DNA of 64,000 nt, from the NCBI GenBank assembly GCA_963668175.1, contig OY764159.1:3616001-3680000 (forward strand). The letters are read 5' to 3'. The notes below the pieces were generated by a model. The model was not told the origin of the DNA. It saw only the letters and a list, made by a program, of their open reading frames with translations, and searched no databases. Position numbers and translations under genes: made by a program. Source of the stretch: Syntrophales bacterium (lineage in GTDB: Bacteria; Desulfobacterota; Syntrophia; Syntrophales; PHBD01). The first letter of the stretch is position 1; the number at the start of each line of letters is the position of its first letter. Shown one piece after another: positions 19,978 through 29,738 of this stretch.

Positions 19978-21918
19978 TTAAGATGCAAAGTCCTTAAAAT
20001 CGGCCGGTCCCTCTTCATCCGTTTTCCCGCCGAAGACGCGACCTTTTCCTGCGTTTCGTCCGGCCGTCGCCGGAAGCGCCAATCCGCCGGATACGTCCCT
20101 CCCCCGGATATGTTTCCTGTCCCGGATTGACATGCCGGTCTCGCGATCGGAAATCCCGTCACCATTGCCGCCGATCACGGAAGCGAGTTCGCGGACCACG
20201 TCTCTCATTGCCATGGCCTGTCCGTTCATTTCCTCGGACGCACTGGCCGATTCTTCCGCATTGGCCGCATTCTCCTGGACCACCCTGTTCATTTCCTGGA
20301 CGGCCCTGCTGACTTGTTCGATGCCTTCCGCCTGCTCCACGGAAGCGGCGGCAATCTCGCTGATCAGTTCGGCGACCTTGGCGGCGCTCTGCGCCACGTT
20401 CGCGAAATCTCCATTGGTCCTGTCGACCAGATCGGATCCGTCCTTGATCTTTTTGATCGTCCCTTCAATCAGGACGGACGTGCTCTTCGCCGCTTCCGCC
20501 GCCCGGATGGCCAGATTGCGGACTTCTTCCGCGACAACGGCGAAACCGGCCCCCGCTTCTCCCGCCCTGGCCGCCTCCACAGCGGCGTTGAGCGCGAGCA
20601 GATTGGTCTGGAAGGCGATCTCGTCAATCGTCTTGATAATCTTCGATGTGTCCTCGCTGGCCTGGGTTATATCTTCCATGGATCCGGTCAGGCTCTTCAT
20701 AGAATCGTTCGCCCGGGATACGACTTGCTTCGTCTCTTCCATCAGCTGATTGGCAGCCCCGGCGTTATCGGCGTTCTTCTTGGTCATGGATGCTATCTCT
20801 TCCAGCGACGATGACGTTTCCTCAATGGCGGACGCCTGCTCGGACGCACCCTCAGCGAGCCCCTGGCTGGCGGAAGCGACCTCCCCGGAGGCCGCCGCAA
20901 TCTGATCCGAACCGGCATTCAGCTTCCTGGAGGCCTGCTGAATCGGTCCGGCGATGGATCTGGCCATCATATAGGCCAACCCGATCGCCAGCAGGGCAAA
21001 GAATATAACGCCTCCGAATATGATGTTTCGGGTCATGCGGGCCGACTGGAGCATCTCGTCCACCGGCACGGCCGTGATGACGCACCAGCCGTTGATCTTT
21101 ACAGGGGCAAAACCGGCATACTTTTTGACCCCGTTATAAACATACTCTAGTACCCCCGTTTCGCCGGACAGGGCCTTTCGCATCACTTCCTCCATCCCCG
21201 CAACTTTGGAGAGGTTGAGCTGCAGAACTTGTTTGGCATCCGGGTATACGATCACCGTCCCGTCCTTGCCGACCATATAGACGTATCCCGTCTTGCCGAG
21301 CTTGATCTCATTGATTTTCTCGGCAAGAAAAGAGACTTTCATGAGACCCGATATCATACCGATCACCTGGCCGTTTTCATCCTTTACCGGATGGGTGATC
21401 GAACAGACGGGCTCGTTGTTCTTCTTGTTGAGGACGACAGAATCCATACTGGCGTTGCCCTGCATGGCCTTCTTGAAATAATCGCGGTCGCCGGCTTTGA
21501 GACCTTTGGCTGCACCGTTTACGCTGTCGGTAAAGACGAGGCCTTCTTTGCCCGCGAGAAAAATGAAATCGTACCGTCCTTTGGCGATGGACTGCAGTTT
21601 GGCCAGTTCTTTCTCCAGGAATGCAACCTTTTCGGAACTGCCGCCGGCATTGATTTCCTTGACGGCCTGAACCACGGCATCCCGCTGGGCAAGCATCGAT
21701 ATCGCGTTCGATTCAGAGGTCATGACGGTATCGACCATGTCCCCGATACTCTTCGAAATCATCAAAATCTGCTGCTCCGTCTCCTTCTCCATGCTCGACT
21801 TCGCGTTGTAAACGGCAATCGATCCGAGAATGATCACCGGGACGATGGCCATAAGACATCCTCCCATCACCAACTTTGCCTTCAATCCCCCAGTTTTGAA
21901 GGAAACACCACTGAACAT
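19978..21918 (-). CDS. Methyl-accepting chemotaxis protein with dCache sensor
   Basis: Two TM helices flanking a Cache domain ([17 protein letters not shown]); [42 protein letters not shown] before ATG 21918. Confidence 0.95.
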   Translation of the reverse strand: MFSGVSFKTGGLKAKLVMGGCLMAIVPVIILGSIAVYNAKSSMEKETEQQILMISKSIGDMVDTVMTSESNAISMLAQRDAVVQAVKEINAGGSSEKVAFLEKELAKLQSIAKGRYDFIFLAGKEGLVFTDSVNGAAKGLKAGDRDYFKKAMQGNASMDSVVLNKKNNEPVCSITHPVKDENGQVIGMISGLMKVSFLAEKINEIKLGKTGYVYMVGKDGTVIVYPDAKQVLQLNLSKVAGMEEVMRKALSGETGVLEYVYNGVKKYAGFAPVKINGWCVITAVPVDEMLQSARMTRNIIFGGVIFFALLAIGLAYMMARSIAGPIQQASRKLNAGSDQIAAASGEVASASQGLAEGASEQASAIEETSSSLEEIASMTKKNADNAGAANQLMEETKQVVSRANDSMKSLTGSMEDITQASEDTSKIIKTIDEIAFQTNLLALNAAVEAARAGEAGAGFAVVAEEVRNLAIRAAEAAKSTSVLIEGTIKKIKDGSDLVDRTNGDFANVAQSAAKVAELISEIAAASVEQAEGIEQVSRAVQEMNRVVQENAANAEESASASEEMNGQAMAMRDVVRELASVIGGNGDGISDRETGMSIRDRKHIRGRDVSGGLALPATAGRNAGKGRVFGGKTDEEGPADFKDFAS

Positions 21919-22006
21919 ATCAACCTCCTTGCTGCTCTTTTTTTCATAAAACCACACCACCTGCGGTGTTTATGATTCAGCATACAACAGCCTCCCGAGG
22001 AGACGC

Positions 22007-23461
22007 TCACGTCGGCCGATGGTTTGCCGCGATCGCCGACTGCCGTCTTTTTCCCGAAACGAGCACCGATAAATCGGCCACAAAGTCTTCCATCTGCTCC
22101 GCCTGGGCGCTTAACTCTTCGCTGGCGGATGCGGACGCTTCCGCATGGGCGACCGTTCCCTGCATCACCCTTTCCATCTCGGATACCGCCTTGTCGATCT
22201 GGCCGATGCCTTCTGCCTGTTCATTGGATGCCGCCGAAATTTCGTCGATGATGCCGCCTATCTTTGCGGATATCTCGACGTTTCCCTTAAAAGCTTCTTT
22301 CGTCTGATCCATGATCTGGCTGCTTTTCCTGGCTACCTGAATCGTGTTGTCGATCAGTCCCGCCGTGTTCCTCGCCGCCTCGGCTGCCCTCATGGCCAGA
22401 TTGCGGACCTCGTCGGCTACGACGGCGAATCCGGCACCGGCTTCTCCGGCACGGGCCGCTTCCACCGCCGCATTCAACGCCAGCAGATTCGTTTGAAAGG
22501 CGATCTCGTCGATCGTCTTGATGATCTTGCCCGTCTCTTCACTGGTCCTGGTTACTTCGCTTACCGCTTTTGCCATGTTGTCCATGTGCATACTGACGCG
22601 GTCGACTATTTCCCTGGCTTCCGCCATGTGCGTCTTGGCTTGATCGGCGCTCGCGGCATTACGCTTGGTCATAGACGCCATTTCCGCGAGGGATGAGGAC
22701 GTCTCTTCGACGGAGGACGCCTGCTCCGAGGCCCCTTGTGCCAGCACCTGGCTCGAAGAGGCCATCTTGCCGGAAGCTGAAGCGACATGCCCCGCACCCG
22801 CGGCCAACCCCTTTATAACGCGATGGATCGGTTTGGTAATCGACCGGACGATCACGATGCCCAGAATAAATACGATGACAAGGCCGGAAACGCCGAAGAT
22901 CAGGACCTTGATCATGATCTCATAGACCACCCGGTCATAATGCGTATTGGGTACGCCGACATAGAAGATGCCGATGACCTCGCCCCGGCTGTTCTTGATT
23001 GGCTCATATGCCGTTTGATACCAGGTACCGACCACATTGGCCTTCCCGATGTACGGCTGTCCCTTCTTGATCACGGCGTCGACGATATTCTCTGCAGCCT
23101 TGGTCCCGACGGCCCGCTCGCCCGAACTATTCTTTACGGTTGTAGCTATTCGCATATCGCCCTGGAAAATGGTGACGGCATCGTTCGACATTGCGGCAAT
23201 GTTGTCCACTGCCGCGAAGTTATCGTTCATCCGGACATCGCCCTTGAATAATTTTCCCTCCTTCACCGACCATTCCCCGGGATACCGGTCGTTCAGCACC
23301 GCGTAACTCAACGCCATATCGCTTCTTAACTTTTCATGGGCCGTGACGATGATCTTGTCGCGGACCGTCATGACGGTGAACAGGATCATGCACGTGAACA
23401 CAATCGCAAACAGAACGAGTAACATGAGAGCTTTTGTCTGAAACTTAAGATTGGAAAACAT
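22007..23461 (-). CDS. Methyl-accepting chemotaxis protein with Cache_3-type sensor
   Basis: TIFQGD.RIATTV...GERAVGT, Y.TAYEPI motifs; MCP signalling hairpin; start placed at ATG 23461. Confidence 0.93.
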   Translation of the reverse strand: MFSNLKFQTKALMLLVLFAIVFTCMILFTVMTVRDKIIVTAHEKLRSDMALSYAVLNDRYPGEWSVKEGKLFKGDVRMNDNFAAVDNIAAMSNDAVTIFQGDMRIATTVKNSSGERAVGTKAAENIVDAVIKKGQPYIGKANVVGTWYQTAYEPIKNSRGEVIGIFYVGVPNTHYDRVVYEIMIKVLIFGVSGLVIVFILGIVIVRSITKPIHRVIKGLAAGAGHVASASGKMASSSQVLAQGASEQASSVEETSSSLAEMASMTKRNAASADQAKTHMAEAREIVDRVSMHMDNMAKAVSEVTRTSEETGKIIKTIDEIAFQTNLLALNAAVEAARAGEAGAGFAVVADEVRNLAMRAAEAARNTAGLIDNTIQVARKSSQIMDQTKEAFKGNVEISAKIGGIIDEISAASNEQAEGIGQIDKAVSEMERVMQGTVAHAEASASASEELSAQAEQMEDFVADLSVLVSGKRRQSAIAANHRPT

Positions 23462-24302
23462 ATTCACCCCTCCCGATCCTCTTTTCTTTATGGCATCCGG
23501 CGTAAAATACACCGGTTCCCCTCCATTCCGGACGGCGAAAGATTTTCTGACGAGCTTTTGCTGCGGCCTACTGTTTTCGACCGACCGTTCATGCGGCAGA
23601 CCACGGACCGATACCCGCAAGAACGGATTTTGCCGAAGAAAAGGACCGTTCCTTTTACCGCGCTCAATCATCAGTTTCGAATATATTGTAATCCTTTGGA
23701 TATTGCTTTGCGCAGGGCGGACGTGACATAACGGTCATCGTCAGCATCTAAATAGGCGACGACGAAACGACCCATTGTTTAACGAAGGAAATGTTTCGGG
23801 AAATGGGTTACCTGAATTTATGATGGGCTGAGATTGAGGTTCTAACCGAGGTTAATACCGCATCAAACGGCGGCCTCCCGGATTCTTTGGATATCCTCTA
23901 TTTAATGATGTCAGAACAATCCTGTTAAAAATCCCCCCTGACAGTACGCTTTCCTCATTAAAATCGAGAAAACATATCTGTACAGTTACAATCTCATTTT
24001 ATCAATGATTACTGATATTTCCCATATATAAACATCAAACTATCGTCGCCTTGGCGGTATTATAGAGCAAATACACTCTGAGTACAATACGAAATATTCC
24101 ATAAAATAGGATTAAAAATATAATCTGTTTAAGCCTGTGATGTATGTTAATAGTATTATTAGATTTACAACGGTGGCATTGGAAACGGCTGGTTCTTTCG
24201 GTGATCGAGAACATCGGCGGCAGGCATGGTGCAGGAGAAAGAATCGTTCATAATCGCGGGCATCTTCTTCGGATGGCGTTTATATTTCAAGACGTACGAT
24301 GG

Positions 24303-24338
24303 TCGGGTGGACCCGATCTTTCAAAAGGGTCCACCCGA
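24303..24338. repeat. Perfect 12-bp inverted repeat (terminator- or REP-like hairpin)
   Basis: TCGGGTGGACCC - 12 nt - GGGTCCACCCGA, about 120 nt downstream of the MCP stop at 24456. Confidence 0.6.
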
Positions 24339-24455
24339 ACCATGAAGGCGTCTCTAGCCAAAACGGCGGAAACAATAGAATGCCCCGGCAAACGGGCACA
24401 TAATTCAGACGCATACGAATGAGATCATAACGCATCTGTCTCAGGCGTTTACGAT

Positions 24456-26381
24456 CTAATATTTCTTAAACTCCTTGTCGTCCATCGGCAGTATGTCTTG
24501 TTTTGATCCTATTACAGAAGCCCGCAACCTTGAGCCCTCTCTGCTGAAAAAAGGATTACCGCTTCCCGCACCGTCATCCTGAGTAATTGAAGCTCCGTGC
24601 CGGGCGGAACCGGGCACCGATACGTTGCCTTTCATTGTGCCGCTGACAATACCATTGAGATTGAAGATGAGGCCGCGCATCATCTCCGCCTGGGCATTGG
24701 TCTGTTCAGAGGAGCTGGCAAGCTCTTCGGCATTGGCCGCATTCTGCTGCACAACCTTATCCATCTCTGCCACGGCCTTGTTGACCTGATTGATGCCTTC
24801 GGCCTGTTCGGTATTGGCCGCCGAGATCTCGCCCACCAGATCGGCAACCTTGGCGGATCTGTCGGCTACATCCAGGAAATCCTTATTCGTCCTGTTCACC
24901 AATTCGGTTCCTTCTTTAATCTTCTTGACCGTATCCTCGATCAGTCCCGCCGTGTTCTTGGCTGCTTCGGCAGCCCGAATGGCTAGATTGCGAACTTCTT
25001 CAGCGACGACTGCAAAGCCGGCTCCGGCTTCTCCCGCACGAGCGGCCTCTACCGCTGCGTTCAGGGCCAGCAGGTTGGTTTGAAAGGCGATCTCGTCGAT
25101 AGTCTTGATGATTTTCGACGTCTCTTCACTGGCCATTGCGATATCATTCATCGATTTGGTCAGGGTCTGCATGGATTCGTCGGCCCGCCCCACGACCTTC
25201 TTCACTTCACCCATCATTGCGTTGGCCTGAACGGCGTTCTCGGCATTCAGCCTGGTCATGGACGACATTTCCTCCAGAGACGACGATGTCTCCTCGATCG
25301 CCGCCGCCTGCTCCGAAGCCCCTTCGGCCATGGACTGGCTGGCCGTCGAAACCTCCGTTGACGCCGTAGCAATCTGATGAGCTGCTTCAGTGAGTTCCCT
25401 GACAATGCCGGCAACCGGTTTGCTGATACTCCGGGAGAAAAAGACGACGACAACCAGCGTGACGACGAGAAAGGCACAACCGAGAATAAGAATGAAATTC
25501 CTTATCATATGGGCCGGCGCCAGAAATTCGTTCGAGTCTTGTGTAACGGCAACCCGCCAGTTGGTGAGATCGACGGCCGCATATCCGCAAATCTTGTGAA
25601 CACCCTTAAATATGTAATCGTCCACACCGCTCTTTCCGCCGAGCATCCTGGATACGAACTCCTTCATACCGTCCAGTCCGGCGATATTCAATTCCAGGAT
25701 AAATTCCTTTTTCGGATGAGCGATAACGAGCCCCGTTTTGTCCACAATAAAAGGATATCCCGTTTTACCGATCTTAAGCGACGCGATCTTTTCGTTAAGG
25801 AAGTCCATTTTCAGCACCAGTGCCACGATCCCGACAAAATTCCCGGATTCCGCATATATCGGACAGACTACGGGAACCACGGGATTACCCGTCGCTTTCG
25901 ATTTGACGGCGGTGCCTACGTTGGCTTTGCCGGCTTTGGCGTCCTTGAAGTAATCGCGGTCCGCGAAGGACATTCCCCTGTACTTGCCGCCCACTCCGTC
26001 TACAAACGCCACGCCGTTGGCATCCGTCACAAATATGCCTTCATAATCGCTGCCGACTTTTTTCATCATCGCCGCAAGATCGGCCGCTTGCCTGGCAAGC
26101 TGGCCGTCGGCTTCTCCGGATCTGCCCGCCGTTACCGCGGCGGCAACCGCAACGATGTCATTCTTTACAGCCAGAGAATTTACCAGTTTGATCTCTTCCA
26201 GAAAAATCGTCTGAACGGAAGCGGCCAGTTCATTGGCGATATGAGCCGCTTGTTCCGTAGCAGCGTTCATCAGGGCCTTCTCCGATTTAAACGCCGAGAA
26301 GGCACCGACCACCAGGAGGGGAACCAAAACGGCCAAGACCCCGCCCAGTGTCATCTTGAAATTCAATGATCTTTCCTTCAT
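24456..26381 (-). CDS. Methyl-accepting chemotaxis protein with dCache sensor
   Basis: TM-Cache (DRDYFKDA, SKATG.PV, GKTGYPF)-TM; MCP signalling hairpin; C-terminal EFKKY. Confidence 0.95.
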   Translation of the reverse strand: MKERSLNFKMTLGGVLAVLVPLLVVGAFSAFKSEKALMNAATEQAAHIANELAASVQTIFLEEIKLVNSLAVKNDIVAVAAAVTAGRSGEADGQLARQAADLAAMMKKVGSDYEGIFVTDANGVAFVDGVGGKYRGMSFADRDYFKDAKAGKANVGTAVKSKATGNPVVPVVCPIYAESGNFVGIVALVLKMDFLNEKIASLKIGKTGYPFIVDKTGLVIAHPKKEFILELNIAGLDGMKEFVSRMLGGKSGVDDYIFKGVHKICGYAAVDLTNWRVAVTQDSNEFLAPAHMIRNFILILGCAFLVVTLVVVVFFSRSISKPVAGIVRELTEAAHQIATASTEVSTASQSMAEGASEQAAAIEETSSSLEEMSSMTRLNAENAVQANAMMGEVKKVVGRADESMQTLTKSMNDIAMASEETSKIIKTIDEIAFQTNLLALNAAVEAARAGEAGAGFAVVAEEVRNLAIRAAEAAKNTAGLIEDTVKKIKEGTELVNRTNKDFLDVADRSAKVADLVGEISAANTEQAEGINQVNKAVAEMDKVVQQNAANAEELASSSEQTNAQAEMMRGLIFNLNGIVSGTMKGNVSVPGSARHGASITQDDGAGSGNPFFSREGSRLRASVIGSKQDILPMDDKEFKKY

Positions 26382-26523
26382 CGCTCTTCCTCTCCCCCTT
26401 TTTATTTTGTATATTCCAGGATAGGGATCATCGCCCCTTCCATTGCTCCGATCGGCACATAGGAAGCACCGTTCGGCAGATGCGTTTCCGTCCGGGACCG
26501 GCCTTTCGAACCGGCGCCCAAGG

Positions 26524-26536
26524 CCCCCCCCCCCCC
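26524..26536. repeat. C13 homopolymer tract (G13 on the MCP sense strand)
   Basis: 13 consecutive C about 145 nt upstream of the MCP start at 26381. Confidence 0.8.
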
Positions 26537-27004
26537 GAAGCCTTTCGCACTTTATCCTGTTCCGGACCGGTTTATTCAGTCTGCCTGCGAGGCATCATTG
26601 CCGCTTCTCCCCCGGTCATGTACAAATATACCCGTTTCAGCGACGGACCGGTTCAAGGAAGGTCGGCCAGTCTTCTAGTGAAAGCGAAAGACAAATCAAA
26701 TCGAAAACAAAATCTCGGCAGAACGGCTTTGATCCTCAAGAAAAGCACACGGCGGTTCCGGCATCCCTGAGTCTCAGTCCTGTTTGTGAATATACTGATC
26801 AAGCCTCCGGGCTCCCCGATGGAAACAGCAGCCTTCTCCTCCGGGCCTCATGGCAAATAACATCCTCACAGGAGACGCGGAAAAACCGGATGCTCACAGT
26901 ATTATGGTAAGTTGATTATTCTTTGGATGAATGAACGATATTAAAAATGTTTCTTGGGGTCAATACAGAATCTTGATAGAGATAATACAGAGGAGAAATA
27001 CATA

Positions 27005-28519
27005 CTAGCCAAGGGTGAGGAGGTAGGAGCGCAGATTCTTGTTTTGCTTCCTTAAGTTGAGTTTTTTACGGATATTGTTCCGGTGAGTGTTGATGGTGCC
27101 GACGGATGCGTTCAATACCTCTGCGATGTCTTTCGACGCCCTGCCTTGTTTGATCATTTCCGCCACCCGGATTTCGGTAGGAGTCAAATTTCTGTATACC
27201 GCCGATATATTCTGGATGAAGGGTGAAACGATGTCGTTCAGATTGGCCTCCAGAAGCGTCAGATAATCATGATACTTGCCGTTGAGACCCGCCTGCTTGA
27301 GCTTTTCCAGATAGGGAACGACAAGCTCTTCTATGTTGACCTGTAGTCTCTCTTCCAGTTTCTTGTTGTCTTCGGTCTGTCGATTGAGAAGCACCCGCAG
27401 GGCAACGTTGGCTTCTTCCAAATCCTTATTGGCTTTCTCCAGTTCGGAGGTCCTCTCATCCGGGTGCTGCTCCACCTTATCGCGGGCGGCAAGCAGGGCG
27501 CTTTCCTTCATCCTGATTCCGGTGGCATCCCTGAAAATGCCCTGGATGATCATGTGCCCCTTGAATTCGATGGCGGTTCCGGTAATGTCTACGGGTATTT
27601 TTCTGCCATCCTTTGTCAGTATGAAGGTCGCCGTGACCGTTTGCCGACCGTTACTGGCCAATCCCTGGAATACGTTCCATATTTTATCCCATTCTTCCGG
27701 CGGATGAATCCGGGAGATGTGGCTGCCGACGATCTCTTCGATGGTATATCCGAAGAGCTCCTCTGCTTTGCGATTGGCCTCCAGCAGATTCCCCTTCTCG
27801 TCGGCCGTCAGAATCGCATCGTCCGCATTGTTAAGCAAAGACTGGTATTTTTCCTCCGACTGTCTCAGGATTTGTTCCAGACTCCGGCTGTCCACCGGTT
27901 CGGCATGCCGCCGGGCGTTGCTTGTGGTCATATCGTTCACCCGATATCCTGCTGAAGACTCCTGGCCTTGGCGATATGGACGGGTGTTCGCTTCTGATTT
28001 CCGCTGTGCAGTGACATCCTGCATATTCATGACCAAAGCTGATATGACCGCATTATCCGCCATATTCATGCCGATGCCTTCGAGAAAACGTTCCGAACCA
28101 TCCTTATGACTCATGGTGAAGGCATGGGAAAACGCTTCACCTTCCTTCGCGAGAATGGCCTCGTTGAAATCATGCATGGCCCGGGGGATCTCCGATGTCA
28201 CAATATAATCGAAAATGCGGCGTCCGATCAGGTCCTCCGGCTTATAACCGAGAGAACGCTCCACGGAGGGACTTGCATAGGTGATCGTGCCCGATTTGTC
28301 TGCCGCTAGGATGATGTCCCGGCCGGTCTCTGTGATAACCCTGAACAGTTCCTCGACCCGGCGCAGGGAGGAGATAATTTGCCTGAGATGGACATCCGAC
28401 GCCTTCAGTTTTGCGTTTTCCGCACGGAGGGCAGACGATTCGTCAGACTGATTAACGGGCTTCTCGGGATCGATCTCTTTTTCCATTCGCATGATTCCTG
28501 TCGATTTATATGACGTCAC
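27005..28519 (-). CDS. PAS-domain LuxR-family transcriptional regulator
   Basis: Two PAS domains, coiled coil (LEEANVALRVLL), C-terminal LTPTE..VA..I..G..SKDIA.....S..T..THR.NIRKKL; true start may be ATG 28492 or 28486. Confidence 0.92.
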   Translation of the reverse strand: MTSYKSTGIMRMEKEIDPEKPVNQSDESSALRAENAKLKASDVHLRQIISSLRRVEELFRVITETGRDIILAADKSGTITYASPSVERSLGYKPEDLIGRRIFDYIVTSEIPRAMHDFNEAILAKEGEAFSHAFTMSHKDGSERFLEGIGMNMADNAVISALVMNMQDVTAQRKSEANTRPYRQGQESSAGYRVNDMTTSNARRHAEPVDSRSLEQILRQSEEKYQSLLNNADDAILTADEKGNLLEANRKAEELFGYTIEEIVGSHISRIHPPEEWDKIWNVFQGLASNGRQTVTATFILTKDGRKIPVDITGTAIEFKGHMIIQGIFRDATGIRMKESALLAARDKVEQHPDERTSELEKANKDLEEANVALRVLLNRQTEDNKKLEERLQVNIEELVVPYLEKLKQAGLNGKYHDYLTLLEANLNDIVSPFIQNISAVYRNLTPTEIRVAEMIKQGRASKDIAEVLNASVGTINTHRNNIRKKLNLRKQNKNLRSYLLTLG

Positions 28520-28547
28520 AATAATGCGTCGTCACTTCATACATAAT

Positions 28548-28702
28548 CGAAAAATCGTGCCAGGAATCACAATTCTTATGATTATTTAATTATTTTGTTA
28601 TTACACATATTTACAATGTATTCGATTGAAAAACGCATTATCGGTGCGGCGAATCCCTGAGCGGTCAGTGCGGAAAATAGGACGACGTCCGGAAAATCGG
28701 AC
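28548..28702 (-). promoter_or_regulatory. Putative sigma54 promoter with upstream activator sites
   Basis: Minus-strand TGGCACGATTTTTCG (28562-28548; -24 element exact, -12 atypical), AT-rich spacer, tandem GTCCG-N6-CGGAC-type palindromes at 28668-28683 and 28687-28702. Confidence 0.5.
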
Positions 28703-29159
28703 AAAAAGGGGTGGCTGGCCTCAAGCGATGATGTGCAGGATCAGGAATCATTTCCGCATATTATTTCATATCTGTACAATTCGACCGCTATTATTGCACT
28801 CATGAAATTCACTTCACGACCGCATGGGACGCAGAAACCTCAGGAGGCAATAATCGTGAGGTTGTCTTCATATTCTTTAATCGGTTTCGCCTGATCTATA
28901 GAGAAATCACTATTTATCGGCCATGAGAAACGCAATCATGCATATTATCGGGTCGGACGTCCGCCGGACAAAGTACGCGGAACGCACTCGCATCCGGAAT
29001 CCTCACGATCAGCGATCCTATTATCCATTTTCTCGTTATAGATCAGGCTGTATCGACATTGAGAAGCGGCTGGAACGGTATCCATTCAAACGGCATCGGA
29101 TGGAATCACTGGAAAAGATTTATGCATGAAATGTCTCTAGTTGGGGAGAACACCCGTTG

Positions 29160-29723
29160 TCAAGGGGTGTTGCCGCAAGACTCTCCACAGACGGGACAGG
29201 ATTCGTCATCGGGACTCAAATCGCCGCCGCAGACCTCGCAGATGCGCATTTTCGACGTTCCGGCGACCACGGCCAACAGCGTTCCGAGGAAGGCAAAGCC
29301 CAGACCACCGATACCGAGAGCGGCAGGAAGAAAGAAAAATCCTACGTTGTCGCCGGTGGCCAGGCGAACGTCTTTCGGATCGGCAGGGTTATAACGGATG
29401 TTGTGTCGGGTGCCGGGGGTATAGTATCCGGCCTGAATCTGCATCTCCCGTTCGCTGGACGAATCATAGTCGGATAAAGAGCGGGTAACGTAATTTCTCC
29501 CTTGCAGGGCATATTGGAATTCTATTTCCAATCGGTAGCGTGTTTCTTCCTTGGAACCTTGTTGGACAACGACACGGCTGCCCGTAATGAGCGCCCGCGT
29601 AAGAGGCCACGCTCTGGAGGCGGCATACTGACGATAGCCCGTGCATGCCGCGGCCAGAATCAAGACCAGCCCCGTGGCCGCAAGAAGCCCCCCCAATTGT
29701 TTTATTGCCTGACGCCCATTCAT
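29160..29723 (-). CDS. DUF3592-like membrane protein with C-terminal zinc ribbon
   Basis: TM, WP...A.I..S, Y...G..Y, YNP.DP, second TM, then CxxC...CxxC. Confidence 0.72.
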   Translation of the reverse strand: MNGRQAIKQLGGLLAATGLVLILAAACTGYRQYAASRAWPLTRALITGSRVVVQQGSKEETRYRLEIEFQYALQGRNYVTRSLSDYDSSSEREMQIQAGYYTPGTRHNIRYNPADPKDVRLATGDNVGFFFLPAALGIGGLGFAFLGTLLAVVAGTSKMRICEVCGGDLSPDDESCPVCGESCGNTP

Positions 29724-29738
29724 GATACGTATACTGCA

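Noticed and set aside
23462..24455. 1-kb intergenic region as an ncRNA or riboswitch
   Set aside because: Only scattered short hairpins; no consensus I can recognise
28810..28870. c-di-GMP-I riboswitch-like fragment (GGGACGCAGAAACC)
   Set aside because: Lacks the upstream GGCAAA and GAAA-tetraloop stem; no supported downstream gene on that strand
28923..29129. 68-aa ORF in the intergenic gap
   Set aside because: No convincing RBS or motifs
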